Origin: Phoronis australis
Lineage: Eukaryota; Animalia; Phoronida
Direction: 5' to 3'
Assembly: GCA_002633005.1 (NCBI GenBank)
Contig: NMRA01000020.1
Coordinates: 608,673 to 672,672 of the forward strand
Length of the DNA stretch: 64,000 nt
Under the pieces are notes generated by a model that saw nothing but the letters and a program-made list of their open reading frames with translations, was not told the DNA's origin and did no database searches. The position numbers and the translations under genes are program-made. This document shows, piece by piece, positions 14,601 through 29,600 of the stretch. Each line of letters begins with the position of its first letter. The first letter of the stretch is position 1.

Positions 14601-17600
14601 GGTGTGCTATGGGCACATATCCACGGTTTGCAATGCTTTTGGTTAATAGGAGCTTTCTCACTTTAGTTTCCACCCGCAGCCATGTCTAAGACAAATTTTA
14701 TCTAATTAGAGCTCAGCAACATTACCTAATAGCTTTAACTGTAGACTATTCCTAAAACATTTTCAGACTGGTGAGTTTTGTAATAATTTGGACTTTTTCA
14801 AATGCAGTTAAGTGCTTACAGTTAAAGGTATATTGAGCACTGTTGAGATAATAATGTAAATGTTTTTCATATTAGTTTGGCCTCTGTTTGTATTAAGTTC
14901 CTTTGCAAATTTTTATGTAATTTAACAAGCAGGGTTCTATTGATACAAGTTCTGCCTATTATGTGCCCCCTTTTGTCCATTTTAATTATTTTCGAGTTTA
15001 TTTTTGTCATCGCCTTTCTGTCGGCCAAATCGCTCAAAGGATCTTCCTACTGAAGAGAGCATGGCTCATGTTGATTTTTGTGGCACCCTATACGTCAATT
15101 TTTGTACTTCCTTTGATATCTACCAAGCTTCTTGATACCTCTTTGTGACATGTTTGAGGAAAACGTGACAGGTGTTGATTTTTGGACAGATCTGTACTGT
15201 GCTGCTCCCTTGTGACAAATTGTCGTTGTGATTGCCAGGTTCTCTACCAAGCTGTTCTCTGGATCTTAATGAAATCTCACCGATCTATTCATAATGAGGA
15301 GCGCGTAACCCATTTTGATTTTCAGATGAGTCTGACTACCGTGTAATTATATGAAGAAACAGACACCCTTTAAATGTTATACCATTTGCGGAATGCACAG
15401 CGTGGGCGCATATCAACACTTTGCGTTGCTCTTGTATTCTTCTTTGACTTTCCTCATTTTTTCCGTGGCCCTATCGCTTAGATGTGGTTGTGTGAACTTG
15501 TGTGCCCTTGTAAAATTGTGGTGTATCTTATTTCCTGGGTTCGAGGTCTTGCGGAAAGCTGTTTCTTAATTAACATCCAGAGTTAACATTTCAAATTCAT
15601 TTAACTGTTATCAATTATTAAAAGTTTCTACCAAAATGGCTCATGGTATCTGTCACCATGTAACCTTGACCCTGCTTCTGCGGCTACCTTCATTTGAAGC
15701 TTTCCATTAACCCAAAGTTTCCCAAGGTTTTTGTTCCTTGCCTGTGTAAGCGCACCTGGATGAATGCTGTTTTGTTTTTTCCCTCCTTCCTCTTTTCATC
15801 TCCATGTTGAAAGGAGATCGCATGAAGTGAAGTGTTCTGCATGACTGTCAGTTTGTATTCTCACCTTATTTTCTCTCCGCGTCCTTGTCTAGACGGTAAG
15901 GCAGACATTGGGCATCAGGCTGTGGACAACGGACATAGGCCGACGCCACCTGTTGAAACTATGAAAGTGCCACCGCTGCTACGCAAGGGCAGGCGTAAAA
16001 ATTTGAGGGACCACATAGGTACTACTCCGCGGCCGACGGCTTAGTTGTTAGAGTTAATTGTTGTTGTGGCTTATATGTGTGTTGGTGTGTGTAATCACCT
16101 GTGTACGCAGACCTCGTTTGAATTTTGGTGGTGGTCTTTGGTGTCAAGTGTGAGTACCATAATTTTCTTTGTTAATTTCAACCCTAGTGTTGTGTCTCTC
16201 TCCTTGGTTAGCTCTGAGAATATTTACTTCAATTCTCAGCATACGGAATGGCTGTTGTAGAAGTTCAAAGTTCTCAGACTAGGACATTTGTGACCAGAGC
16301 GATTAGTGTTTAATATCAGTTTCTCGACAATGTTTCTGTCTGTGCATAACTTTCCAGGCCTTATCACCTAGTAGTTTGAAGTTTAAACTGCTGGCAAAGA
16401 CCGACCCAAAATTGAGAAGGACGGATGAAAAATGTGAGATGGGTTGACGTTTTTACTTTGTGATGTCGTGTCGCGTTACTGAATATTATTGTTGTGTCGT
16501 AAGTCAAATGCTAAAATTGTATTCACTTTGCGATAGATGACTACTAAATATGTATGCCCGTATGAAAAACTAGAAAGGTGACTTTCTTGTAAAAATTAAT
16601 TTAACTCCTGAAAATATGTGGTTTGGCGCTAATTCGACACGGTTGCTTAATCTTGCTATTGATTCATTTCAAAAACGGGTATTCACTGTAACTGCTAATA
16701 ATTCTAACAGTGGCCTACTTTCACAGCTCCCTTCTTCCCATTTCACAGCTCCCTCCTTCCCATTTCACAGCTCCTTCCCATTTCACAGCTCCCTCCTTCC
16801 CATTTCTCACCCATCCTTCCCATTTTCTGGGTCTGTCCTTCCATTCAGCAGGTCCTTTCTTCTCATCGGCAAATGGAGCCTCACATTGGGTGATACATGA
16901 AGCCTGTTTTCATCACCACTCAACACTGATGTCTGTTGTTAAGTTAATGCTTTGTTGAACTGGATTATTATCATATATCCACTATATGATATAGGTATAC
17001 ATATTAAGTGACTCTATTTTCAATATTGATAGTTTTGGTATTACACGACTGAGCTTCACTTTTCTGCTGGTATGTCGGTATTAAACATCCCTTTTGTCGA
17101 AGATGACATTTTTCTTTTTTTGTCAAAAAACAGACCCGAAGTGTTGGGGAATGTATCCTCATGGCTATTGTATCGCTTTTTATCTTCTGTGAGTGACTTG
17201 TTAATTAACTTACAAATGATTTGACTGGTGTCTGGTCAGGATCTAGCATTTTTCTCACATTTTAATAAAACCTCAAGCTAGGTCGTGACAGAGTCTGTTT
17301 CTGTGTGATAAGGGTGCACCTGCCAGTCAAATTGTTAATGAAAATCTAAGGCCTTCTCTAGTTCAGCATTTAGAACCACTAGCATTGCTGCATTTGCTTC
17401 ATAGTGCATTTTAAGCAAATTAAAGATAGGTCCCAAGCATGATTATTAAAAAAATTATGAGTTTTTAGATCATTAAAAACTATTGACAATTCATGAGCCT
17501 AATATAAATTTTAGGACCTAGACAGTAGAGTTAAGAAATTGCAAATTTTCAACACTAATCTGTTTTGGTGTGTGAAAACACTACTTCAGTAAAGTTCTGT

Positions 17601-20600
17601 CTTCCCTTTGACTGGTGGGGAAAATGAGGATGGATTTTGTCTGGTCCTTAGTACAAAAGTTAGACTTCATATTTTTGTCAAAGGTCTAGTATGCTGAAGA
17701 AGTTGGTATTTCAGGAAAACGTTTGTGAGCTTGGAGTATGTTATCTTGTTAGGACGTGAAACTGGTATTGCACACGTTGGTTTTGTTTTATGGGACAGTG
17801 TCACTCTTGTCGTACCATCAGCATTTCCTTTGTATTATTGTCACTAGATTTTCTCATGCACCTATTAAAGAAATTATAAAGTAAATACTTATGTATAGGT
17901 ATAGCAAATTTTAAGTCTGGTCAGCACACCGCTTGTGGCCACTGGTGGCGTGCAGACCAGACTTAAAAATGCAATATATATTTTCACAACCTTTAAGAAT
18001 TACATATTTATACATACGTATATGTTTATATGTATATCTTGAAACAGAAAGGTTAAGTCAATCATTTATATAATTAAGTGAAGTCATAGTGCATTCCTAC
18101 TGTAATTATTCCTTCTGAATTATTCCCGTTATCAATTCCTGTGGCCTGTTGCATGAAACGGTCCCTATTAGGGACTCAACTAAGTTCCCTAAATGTTTTA
18201 CATGTTGGTTTCATTCATAGCTCGTACATGTAAGGTTTTACCTTTGTTACAAGCTTCTCTTTCACTAATGACATTTTCAAAGAGTATATCTAAAAACTGA
18301 CCCCTTAATTCAATCAAAACAAATAGGGACTTAATTCTTAAATTTGGGGCGTTGCATGAAAACATGCTTTCTTATTTTCAATACTACTGAGAATGCGACA
18401 TAAGAGTTCACTCTAGATTTGTATCAAATCCAAAAATTGACCCAGTAATGTTGCTCAAACAGTGAAAGGACAATCAATGTTTTCACAAGGCCACAAATAT
18501 ACTGTAGGTTTAGGGAACATGGTTGAGTCCTTATTTGGTACTGTTTCATACAACCGGGCACTGGTTTCCAAGCTCTGTGCTGCACACATTGACGTTTTTA
18601 TTAAAGGGAAAAACAACCATTTTGATGTTAACTTATAAGTGGATTTATTGAAATCCCAGGGTGACTTGGAAAGATATTTTTTCTTTGCCAATGACTTTTT
18701 CCCTGGCCTTCTGCGACTTAACATGCAACAATTAATTATTGATTGCTAGTCATGCAGTCTATGTCAGTCATACTACTGAATTAAGACAGGATTCCAGTCC
18801 TTTTCTGAACCATTTGCATCTCTATTCTATTGTTGCGTGCATAGCCGTAGAGGGCCTGGTAGACATTAATAATGATGAAGAACACCTCTAAGATAACTAG
18901 TGATGCTTGTTTACCAGAAAGAAATTGTTGCTTGTCCCTTTAAAGATTAATAATGCTGTGAGCCTGTGAGGAATACTATAATAGTTGTTAGCAACTTTAA
19001 TCCCATCATCTCAGTGTGTGAATATAATGACAAGGACACAGAATGCATTACAAAAACAAATAACATTTTTGTAGCACATCCCCAGCCTCTTGGGCTTATA
19101 AGTCACCTGATACACTTAAACATGTAAGTGGTTATACACAATACCTGCTACTCTTGCAACAATCTAGTGCCCTAATCAAAAACGCCCCAAGAAATTCTGA
19201 ATAATTTAGAAATAAGTGTAGAATGTGTAGGTGGGCTAACATTTGAATATCATATTACAAGAGTGATCCTTGCATTCAGGATTAAAATTACGAGTAGACA
19301 TTCGCCCTATTGTTTTTTGTGACATTTGGTTTCTGAACACCTACTGCTCACATACAGGGTATTATAGTCAAGATAGTGAAATTTTCCCTAAACCTTGAGC
19401 AGGAGGCCCGTCAGTTATGCATGTTGGACACTGTTTGAATGATGATATGATTTTTCTTGCCTTTGATATTTATGAATCGGTCGATGGCACGTCCTTGTTA
19501 TAGGTTATTTAATATGCTGTTGATTGATTGGCTCGTGTTTCATTAACAAGATACATTTGTTGTCTGTTGTAGTCTTCTGCAATAACGATTTTCACTGACT
19601 GTCACTAATAGCTCAAGGAGGGTGCACTCTTGGCCTGCTCTGTAACTAGAATTGACACGTCACTGTGATTGTGACTGTCAACACCAGTTCTTGCAGTTTT
19701 CCACAATCAGGGGTGAGAAACAACATGACTGCTGGACCCGAAACAGGACCACCAGTCCTCCAAATTGGTCCGACTCTTCACAAAAGGGACCCAGGGGAAT
19801 CGCGTAGGATTTATGGACCACTGTGTTGGTTTTAGAACAAAATGACTGCTCAGTTTGTCCAATTTGACTTTTTAGATTTTTGGGTAAAGTATTGTCATAA
19901 CCGGCATCACACACACAAGAATAGACAACATTTTGTCAGGCAGTCATGTTCAGTCCCCAGCGGTTCTGTTTTGTGGTGGGGGGGGTCATGTTTTTAGGTG
20001 TATCGGTTCCATTTTCTGGTCTGTAAGTCCCATTTGATTCCCTAGGGCCTGTTTGTGGTGAGGCAGTCCAATTTTGAAGACTGGTGGTCCTGTTTTGGAT
20101 CCCGAGGTTATGTTGTTTCTCACCCATGACTATTATTGGTTTAGTCTTACCTGTCTATTGATCAATAGTACACACAGGTTTATAAATTATCAATTGTAAT
20201 GATCTGGATCAGTTGGGTGAAATACAAATACTGTGTTACCAAGTGCTGTACTAAGTGGCTTGATCTTTTAGACTTGAGAAAATTGTTGAGCCAGTGACAA
20301 TATTGCATTGTATTGACATTTGTTTTATAGAAATTACTGCTTATGGTTAGAATCTTGTGTTAGATAGTGAGGTATAAAAGATCTGATAGTGCAGATTGAG
20401 AGGTTGTCTCTTTGTGGATCTCACTGGTTTTCATGGGAATGATTTAGTGTAGATAGCATGTACTGTAGACTGAAAGTAGACGGTAGATGGTTTTAGATGT
20501 CATGGTGGCTTTAATGTGGCATTGGTTGGTTTTGTAAGCAGATTGAACAAAAATTTATCGTAAAACTCAATAAAAATATGCACCATGGTATGACGTGCAG

Positions 20601-23600
20601 AATGCTTGTGTATTGGGAGACGCAATGTTTTTAAATCAATTTCAAGCAAACACATGTTTATTTTTTGTTGTTTGAAGAATTGTTGAATAACAGCAGGTGT
20701 GGTATTGAATGAAGTTTGCTCAAAGCTGTGATAAGTAACTAAATTTTATGTCACATAATATTGAGTTGAAATGTTGGCTTTTTGAACCTTTACTATCTGT
20801 GTCGTCATGGCATCAGTCAGTAGTTTTGTGGTGATGATCGAATGTTGTTAATAGAACTGTTATCCCTTGGATTATAGTTCCTTCCCTGGTTAATTGACAA
20901 TTGAAGTATTTATAGTGCTGTAACTGTTCACTCTTTTTAATGACTAACAGTTGACATTTTTGTGCCAGAAACCTGGAGTGGTACTTGCGTTGGCTGCACT
21001 GTATCTCACCCAAGTGTTAGTCTCGCGGCATGCATGTGTGGTTGTGCCATATATGTATGGTTGTGCCATGTATGTATGGTTGTGCCATGTATGTATGGTT
21101 GTGCCATGTATGTATGGTTGTGCCATACATGTGTGGTTGCGCCATGTATGTATGGTTGTGCCATGTATGTATGGTTGTGCCATACATGTGTGGTTGTGCC
21201 ATACATGTGTGGTTGTGCCATGTATGTATGGTTGTGCCATGTATGTATGGTTGTGCCATGTATGTATGGTTGTGCCGTACATGTGTGGTTGTGCCATGTA
21301 TATGCATCACAAAATGGACTATTGTTATCAGTGGTCAAAAAGCTCTTGTGGAGGGTAACAAATCTGAACCAGTGAACTCCACTGTCATGGTGGGCCTGGT
21401 GTCAAGTTAAGAGTCAAAACTGGCTGTACACACAAACTTTTAAGAAATGTTTCACTGCCATACTCAAACCAAAAGGAAAATTTTTAACGATAGTACTGTC
21501 CATGGCTTTTAATATTTTTATGCTCCCACTTATTCATGGGTGCATGTTTCTGTCATATACCTAAACATCTGGCGTCCACTACTGTGTCCCCTCAATCCCT
21601 TACCACGATCTTAGTGAGATTTTGTAGATGTGCTCCCATGGAGCTGATGACAGATGACGAAAAGTTTCGGACCTATCCGACTACAGCTGTGTCCCCTCAC
21701 GGCAATTTCATTTTTTCCATTTCCTTCTTTATCTTGGACTTCCTTGACGGATTCTCATGAAATTTCGCAAAAGAGGTTTCTGCTAAAAAGACGTCGGATG
21801 GAGCTTATGTACTCTATGCCACCTAGTGGACAATTCGTTTTTGAGTCCATCTCAAACGATCATTATAAAAATCGCCGTATGTTTTCCCGATGAGAAGACG
21901 ACTAATGTTGGTTTTCGAACGAATCTGAGTACTGTGGTGACACTAGTGCATCTGTAGGATCTTTGTGAAATTTGGCAAGTGAATTCTAATGAACTTGACA
22001 ACAGGTACATACAGATCTGACTACCGTTGTGCTTCCTAGTGCCAGTTTTATTTTGACAATTGCTTCTGTATCTTTTGAGTTTCTCGACTAATTTGCATGC
22101 TATGGGACAATAGATTTTCCCATTTTCTGACCAAGTTCAATGTATTCTGCACCATCCATATGATATTGATAAGCACCCATAGAAGCATACCATTTGCTGT
22201 GCAGCCGTGAGTACATTTCAGTGCTTTGCGTTTCTGTTGTTTTGCTCTTCACCAAGTCACACCTTGCATTCATAAATTTGGTATTGTTTGGTCTGTGCCA
22301 CGAGAACATGTACTTTGTCTTTTACATCACACAGCCTCACTTCTCATATGTTCTTACAGCCCTTCAGCCAAGGCGCGTGCCCAACGGCCCTGGAGAGATG
22401 GGCAGGGCAGTGGTGATCCCGCCAGACAAGAAGGCGTATTCTCAAGAGCAATTTAAGATCAACCAGTTCAACCTTGTAGCCAGTGAGATGATGTCACTGA
22501 ACAGAAGCCTGCCGGACTACAGAATGGAGCAGTGAGTACAGCCGCTTAGACTATAACATGCACATAGTGTCTGATTACATGGCAGATTCTCTCATCTTCT
22601 GTCTAAAAAATTTCCGTATATGTTCATCAATCAGTCCGCAGGTGAAGTAGGTGCGTATGATGCGTAGTCAGTGTCACGCATACCGTATTCGCCGTAGTAA
22701 CCGCCCATGCCCCTATAAGCGCCCCCCACGCGTTTTCAGACTTTGCTGAAATAAGCGCCCAGTCCATGAACGTGTACATGCGAACAATGACGTACCTTCA
22801 GTCCTAAAACTCGGCTACAGTAACGTCTTCAATTTATCAACAAAAAAAATTTTCTACGGGTCTTCTAGACCACCAATGGCACTGCTACATTTGTATTTAG
22901 CCGTGACTATACACTTCAAAGTAACACAGCGCTTCAAAAAGAACGCAACAGCGTTGCTACTTTCGCGACGACTGTGTCCCACTATGGTCTGACCTTTCAG
23001 TAGACACATCGACTGTTTAAATAACTCGGTGTTGAATGCACGTGGCCAGAAAGCGCGCGCTACATATATGAACCTAGCTGTCATCAAAGACATTAGTCGG
23101 GAACTATCCATTCATGAAACGGGTAGCATAGCATCCGTAAGAAATGAATATTGGCCCTAATTTCCGACAATTTCTAATACTATAAAACATGTTTGCGTTA
23201 TTTTTTAAAGGGATTGTTTGATTAACCATAATTGATGTTTTTAAACCGAATATCCGATAAAATGACAACTGACAGTGAATGCTTGCACACCCTTACACCG
23301 AAAAATAACTGTCAGATAGTTACGTACGCATCCAGCTACACGGCGACTAATATGGGCGGCATAATATGGGCCTTACCGAAACAAATGTCGAACGTTTTTA
23401 GCACGAGACTGGCAAGTGCTGAATGAAACACGCTCTGGTTTAGGCTTACTGCTTGTGCAAATTTCTTTAGACGCAATGCACATCTAGCTCGTTAGATCGC
23501 GTGGCTCTGGCCAAAAGACGGTCTCTGCTTTGGCAAATGAACTCTGGTTACACGCACGCGCTCGCTTACTCGCAGACGAACTTCAAAACAAACGTCACGT

Positions 23601-26600
23601 GACAACAACATGTGTGTTCGTCCAGACATTTTTCTCGCCATGTTGCCGATCATACATGTAGATGGCACGATGTTGCGCAGATTTGTACTTAAAACTGCCG
23701 TAAATCCAGACTCCACGGGAACTTAAAAAAAGTCTTAGGGACGCTATTTAGAAAACTTAATGAGGATTTCAGGTAATTTGCTTGAGTCGAACCTATTTTT
23801 ATTGAAGCATTGAAGTCGCCATATCGAAGACGGCAATTTTGAGGCAGTCATTCGGCGAGTTTTCGCCCTGGGATTTCAGCACAATTTTCTGTAAAATGAT
23901 CGTAATTTAGCAGCAAAGTTTGATAACAATGCACCACAGTTTTGTTGGAAGTCTTTCATAGATTACAGATACGTCACAGAACGTAAATTTGATGAATCTT
24001 AGCTTCCGATTTCACCCGTTTCGGAGACCGGGTTTCAACCGCCTTGGGTTATAATAAGCGCCCCCCTGAACAAAACTTTTCTAAACGCCCTGGGCAGTTA
24101 TTACGGCGAATACGGTAAACGATGTGCAGCAGTGGCCGCATGGTATGCAGCAGTTGTTGCATGGTGTGCAAGACTTAAGTTAGTGCTGCATTGTTCACTG
24201 AGACTGACTTCCATCTTAATGGATAATTTTTGCCATGCCTGGACACTGTGCACAGTGTATGTGTTTAATTTTCACAGCTTTCTTTATGTGCACTTGCACA
24301 TAGTCTCAGTGTGGCTATTTTGGAGGCGTATAATTAGTCATGTGACATGTCAACTGATTATGTGAAACTAGGTCTGGTTCCGTAGATTAGGGTAGAGGGC
24401 AGCACAGTGTACCACGTATAAATTGAGTACACAACGTTTAGCAAAATCATGCGCGGCTAGCACTACGTAGTGAGACGGCTACATTCAAATGAACGCTATT
24501 TGTAGTTTGGGTTTGTGGTAATTGCACGATTCGTTTGTTAGAATGACAGACATGCACATTTATTTTGCTGCTCAAATTTGCTAGTAGCATGAGCCATTTC
24601 AGTCGCCATCTTGTCGTGTATTTACTATGGGCCGAGTTTGTTGCTGGTTTTTTCAAGAATTTTTGTTGGCATGTGAATGGAATTTGTTGAAAACTTTTTT
24701 GTGTTTATTTAGTCATGAGGAGAGAGTCAGCTGGAAATAGTTGCTTTGAAATTTCACCAATATAAGATGAGACTTTGTTCACTTTTTTGAAAACAACTTC
24801 ATTTTGTACTAAGTCTATGTCTTGAGACCTTTACTGGAATCCATATTCAGCATAATGTTAAAGTGTGCTTGGCTTTTTGGTGTTAAGAAAGGCTTACACT
24901 AATCTGAGAGGTATTTGAAGGTGCAATATATGAGGAGATATCGGACTTGAGGGGACTATTTAATTGTATGGATGGGAATATTTGGGCCTTGAGAATTTCT
25001 TGTGATGTTTAAGTGTTTTTCTAAGGGGAATGAAGTCGATACTTGGTCCCAAAAGTGAGGCCTTGAGGGCCCTGATATGTGCTGTCACCAGTATTTCTCT
25101 TAAAAGGGGAATAGTTGTTGGTAGATGTGTTATAAGTTTCAGACTCACATTTGGACTTCCATTTTCAGGTGTAAGTCCAAAGAGTATAACGTTGAAGAGC
25201 TTCCCACAACCAGTGTTGTCATTGTGTTCCATAATGAGGCATGGACTACGCTACTTCGCACTGTTTGGAGCATTATCACCCGATCACCACGCCACCTGTT
25301 GAAGGAGATTATTCTCGTGGATGATGCTAGTGAACGAGGTAGGTGACTGATGGTGCTTCCACATTGGTGTAGATGACTGGAGTCCCTTAATTGGTGTAAA
25401 ACTCAGTCTATTCATTCAGAAGAATGTTTAACTTTTCTCATGTGGATTTTAGTATACCTTAAAGTAATTAAAGTTTTCAAAAGGGACACAAGTAAACAGA
25501 TGAGTCGGGTGGTTATAAGGGTCACGAAGGGTTGTCCAGGACCAGTTGTCATTTCTTAACCAAATTAAATGGTCCATACTAAAGATTAGCACTATTTTTT
25601 GTATGTAAAAAGGGTGATATGGAGACTGAACTGATTTGTGGCTGATGCTGGAGTCCTATGCATTTAAAGTCGAACAATAGGTCTGGAAATTGACTTGGAA
25701 TTTAGTAATTTGATGCAGTTACACAGTTTTGTGTATGTCTTTTTGATGGATTTGTCATGCCTTGGGAGATAAAGTGTAATGTTTTTGTACACAAATAAAG
25801 TGTAATATGATTGTGTAGTCGAAATTTGCTTCGTCACAACTGAACTCATTGTCACGAACAGCGCCAATTATAAGTGAACCATGACATTGTGCTAGCTCCA
25901 CCTATACGTGAACCATAACATGCTAGCACCATCTTTTGGTGAATCATAACATGCTATTTGCCATCAATAGGTGAACCATGATGTTGTGGTAACAGCATCA
26001 GCAGGTGAACCATAACATCATGTTATCGCCATGTCATATGTGAACCATGTTATGCTAGCGCCATCTATATTTGAACCATAAACTTATACAACCGCCACCT
26101 GTAGGTGAACCATACCATTATGTTAGCACCATCTTTTGGTGAACAACAACGTTATGCTGGCACTGTCTATAGGTGAACCATAATGTTATGCTAGCTCTAT
26201 TTACATGTGAACCCCAACATTATGCCAGCACCATGTATAGGTGAACCACAACATTATACTGGCACCATCTATAGCAGAACTCTTCAGGTATGTTTCATTT
26301 GTTTGTAGATTTCCTGGGCAAGAGACTAGAGCAGTACGTGGCCACTCTGCCCGTATCAGTCAAGGTGATAAGGATGGGCAAAAGGAGTGGATTAATCAGG
26401 GCCAGGTTGACAGGTAAGTGGTTTAATGACCTATGGTCAGGGGCTGACATGACCACAAAGTCATAAGAATAGACAGGCAGTCTATTGGTTTTAGTTTATA
26501 GTTCTGAGCATTTGCTAATAAGTTCTGTTCTCACCGGAATAATGGCATTAACTGATAGCATAGTTCTAGGTTTGGAAAAGCTTAAATTCTTAACATATTA

Positions 26601-29600
26601 TAATGAATGGTAGACAGTAAATGTTTTAGATAGTTGGATACAGAATTGAGAACTTGATTCTGTGAGTATATGAAATCTTGTCAATATTTCTCAGACCCAT
26701 AATGGTACATGTTCAAGTAGCGTCTGTTGTTGCATAATGTGAAGTCTTTATGTGCATTTGCCGTACGTTGTAAAGTCCGGATACACATTTGCCGTATTGT
26801 AAAATTATTTTGTACATTTGTTGTGTAGGTGCTGAGGCTACAAAGGGCAACGTGATCACATTCCTAGATGCCCACTGTGAATGCACAGAGGGCTGGTTAG
26901 AACCACTACTCTATGAAATCTACAAGGACAGGTAAATTATCTGTTGGCTGGTGAAATGTCTTCTCATCATTATGTTTAAATTTGTTGTTGTACCAACTGA
27001 TTAGAATGTGATCAAAGATCAGAAACTCAAATGTGTGAATCGATAATCATCAAATCAGTGCTCATTCTGTAATATGTTTTCAGGACAAATGTGGTTTGTC
27101 CAATCATCGATGTGATCAGCGATGAGACATTTGAATACATCGCAGGGTCAGACATGACGTGGGGAGGCTTCAACTGGAAGCTCAACTTCAGGTGGTACCC
27201 TGTTCCACAGCGGGAACTGACCCGCAGAAACAATGACCGCAGTCTGCCTCTCAGGTGTGTATACGTGCCTCTCAGGTGTGTTTATGTGTGTTTTAGTGTA
27301 TTTTGTGATGTCGTGTGCACTTTGGATTTGTTGTTTTCAAAAAAATGACAAAATTGTAGTGAAATTATTTTGTTTTGTCTAGCCAGTGCAAACATTCTGA
27401 AGAATTGGATTTGGGCTTGAATTTGTTTTTGCGTCATTAAGGACATATTTCAAACAGGTTCGGGGATGGGCCGCGCAAAAAGAACATTCTTTAGTTTACT
27501 CTCAACTGTTAAGCTACTGGAAGCTTTTTAATAACATTTTGGTCATGTCAGAAATTTACTCCCTGGGTATAATCCTCTGGCACTGCCTTCACCTCACTAC
27601 CAGATGGTAGTTCTCAGTGGCATGTCTTAAAATTTTTATTGGCCAACGCAGAAATTATTTAACTGTATTATTCTGCTGTAACAGTGAAGAAGTCTGTGTT
27701 TGATGTTTCTGTTAGCATCATTTGTTTTTTGTTGTAGGTCACCAACCATGGCTGGTGGTCTTTTTGCCATAGACAGGAGTTACTTCTATGAGATCGGATC
27801 CTATGACCCAGGCATGGATATTTGGGGTGGCGAGAACTTAGAAATGTCCTTCAGGGTGCGTCATCTTTTGTAGTAAAGTTTTAGCCCCACGCATGTGTGG
27901 TTTTCTAGGCAGAAACATGCCACTTATCATAATGGAAGTAACTGTATTATGCTGCTGATATAGTTTTCATCCAAATGTTTCGTGCAAGGCAGAATTGGAC
28001 ACTTTATGTTAAGTAATTTGTTGAAATCGGTTTGCTACATGGAATTAAAGTTTGAACGTTCACGTGCCGGTTTCAAATCAACGTTCTGTTAGGCTCAAGC
28101 TCTAAATGCCTAAGGATTGTAGTCTTGGTGTCTTGGTGTTTTTCACTGCGTAATAATTTTTGCTGTCTTGGTTTGGCTTTATGCTGTTACTACAGACACT
28201 AAATGTGATTTTTACGAAATCTCGCATCTAAACTGACTGAAGTTTGGATAGAATGAAAAAATTTGGACTTTCATTTTTATGCGCCCACATATTATATGTG
28301 GACGCATTATGCCGTCATCTCTGTCCGTCCGTCCGGGCGGCGTCCGGCATCCGCTGCTCTATCTCCAAAACCCTTTGACATACGTTCATGAAATTTGTTC
28401 CATTCATGAATGGGACGGCATGTGCGAACTTTCGGACGGATGCGACTACCGGTGTGCCCCCTAGTGGAATTTGGTATGTAGGCACGTATTAGTGAGATGA
28501 TGCTATCCTGCCGTTTTCAGATGGATTCGACATAGTTTGCGTCACCTAGTGGCCATTTTTAGTGTTTTCGAGTCTGTTTTTGTGCGTCCACCCCTCTATC
28601 AACCAAACCGCTCAAAGGATGATTGTGAAAATTGGCATGTATATGCTTACTATGTAGAGGACGGTTGACGATGATTTTCCGACGATTTCGACTACTGTNN
28701 NNNNNNNNNNNNNNNNNNNNNNNNNNNNNNNNNNNNNNNNNNNNNNNNNNNNNNNNNNNNNNNNNNNNNNNNNNNNNNNNNNNNNNNNNNNNNNNNNNNN
28801 NNNNNNNNNNNNNNNNNNNNNNNNNNNNNNNNNNNNNNNNNNNNNNNNNNNNNNNNNNNNNNNNNNNNNNNNNNNNNNNNNNNNNNNNNNNNNNNNNNNN
28901 NNNNNNNNNNNNNNNNNNNNNNNNNNNNNNNNNNNNNNNNNNNNNNNNNNNNNNNNNNNNNNNNNNNNNNNNNNNNNNNNNNNNNNNNNNNNNNNNNNNN
29001 NNNNNNNNNNNNNNNNNNNNNNNNNNNNNNNNNNNNNNNNNNNNNNNNNNNNNNNNNNNNNNNNNNNNNNNNNNNNNNNNNNNNNNNNNNNNNNNNNNNN
29101 NNNNNNNNNNNNNNNNNNNNNNNNNNNNNNNNNNNNNNNNNNNNNNNNNNNNNNNNNNNNNNNNNNNNNNNNNNNNNNNNNNNNNNNNNNNNNNNNNNNN
29201 NNNNNNNNNNNNNNNNNNNNNNNNNNNNNNNNNNNNNNNNNNNNNNNNNNNNNNNNNNNNNNNNNNNNNNNNNNNNNNNNNNNNNNNNNNNNNNNNNNNN
29301 NNNNNNNNNNNNNNNNNNNNNNNNNNNNNNNNNNNNNNNNNNNNNNNNNNNNNNNNNNNNNNNNNNNNNNNNNNNNNNNNNNNNNNNNNNNNNNNNNNNN
29401 NNNNNNNNNNNNNNNNNNNNNNNNNNNNNNNNNNNNNNNNNNNNNNNNNNNNNNNNNNNNNNNNNNNNNNNNNNNNNNNNNNNNNNNNNNNNNNNNNNNN
29501 NNNNNNNNNNNNNNNNNNNNNNNNNNNNNNNNNNNNNNNNNNNNNNNNNNNNNNNNNNNNNNNNNNNNNNNNNNNNNNNNNNNNNNNNNNNNNNNNNNNN

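Noticed and set aside
20944-21410. His/Cys-rich ORFs in all six frames; CRISPR-like appearance of the arrays at 12391, 21030 and 25860
   Set aside because: Stop-free minisatellites with no unique spacers, inside a eukaryotic intron.
26282-26308. CAG|GTATGT recursive-like site before the 26309 exon
   Set aside because: Only 21 nt from the acceptor, too short to be spliced as an intron.
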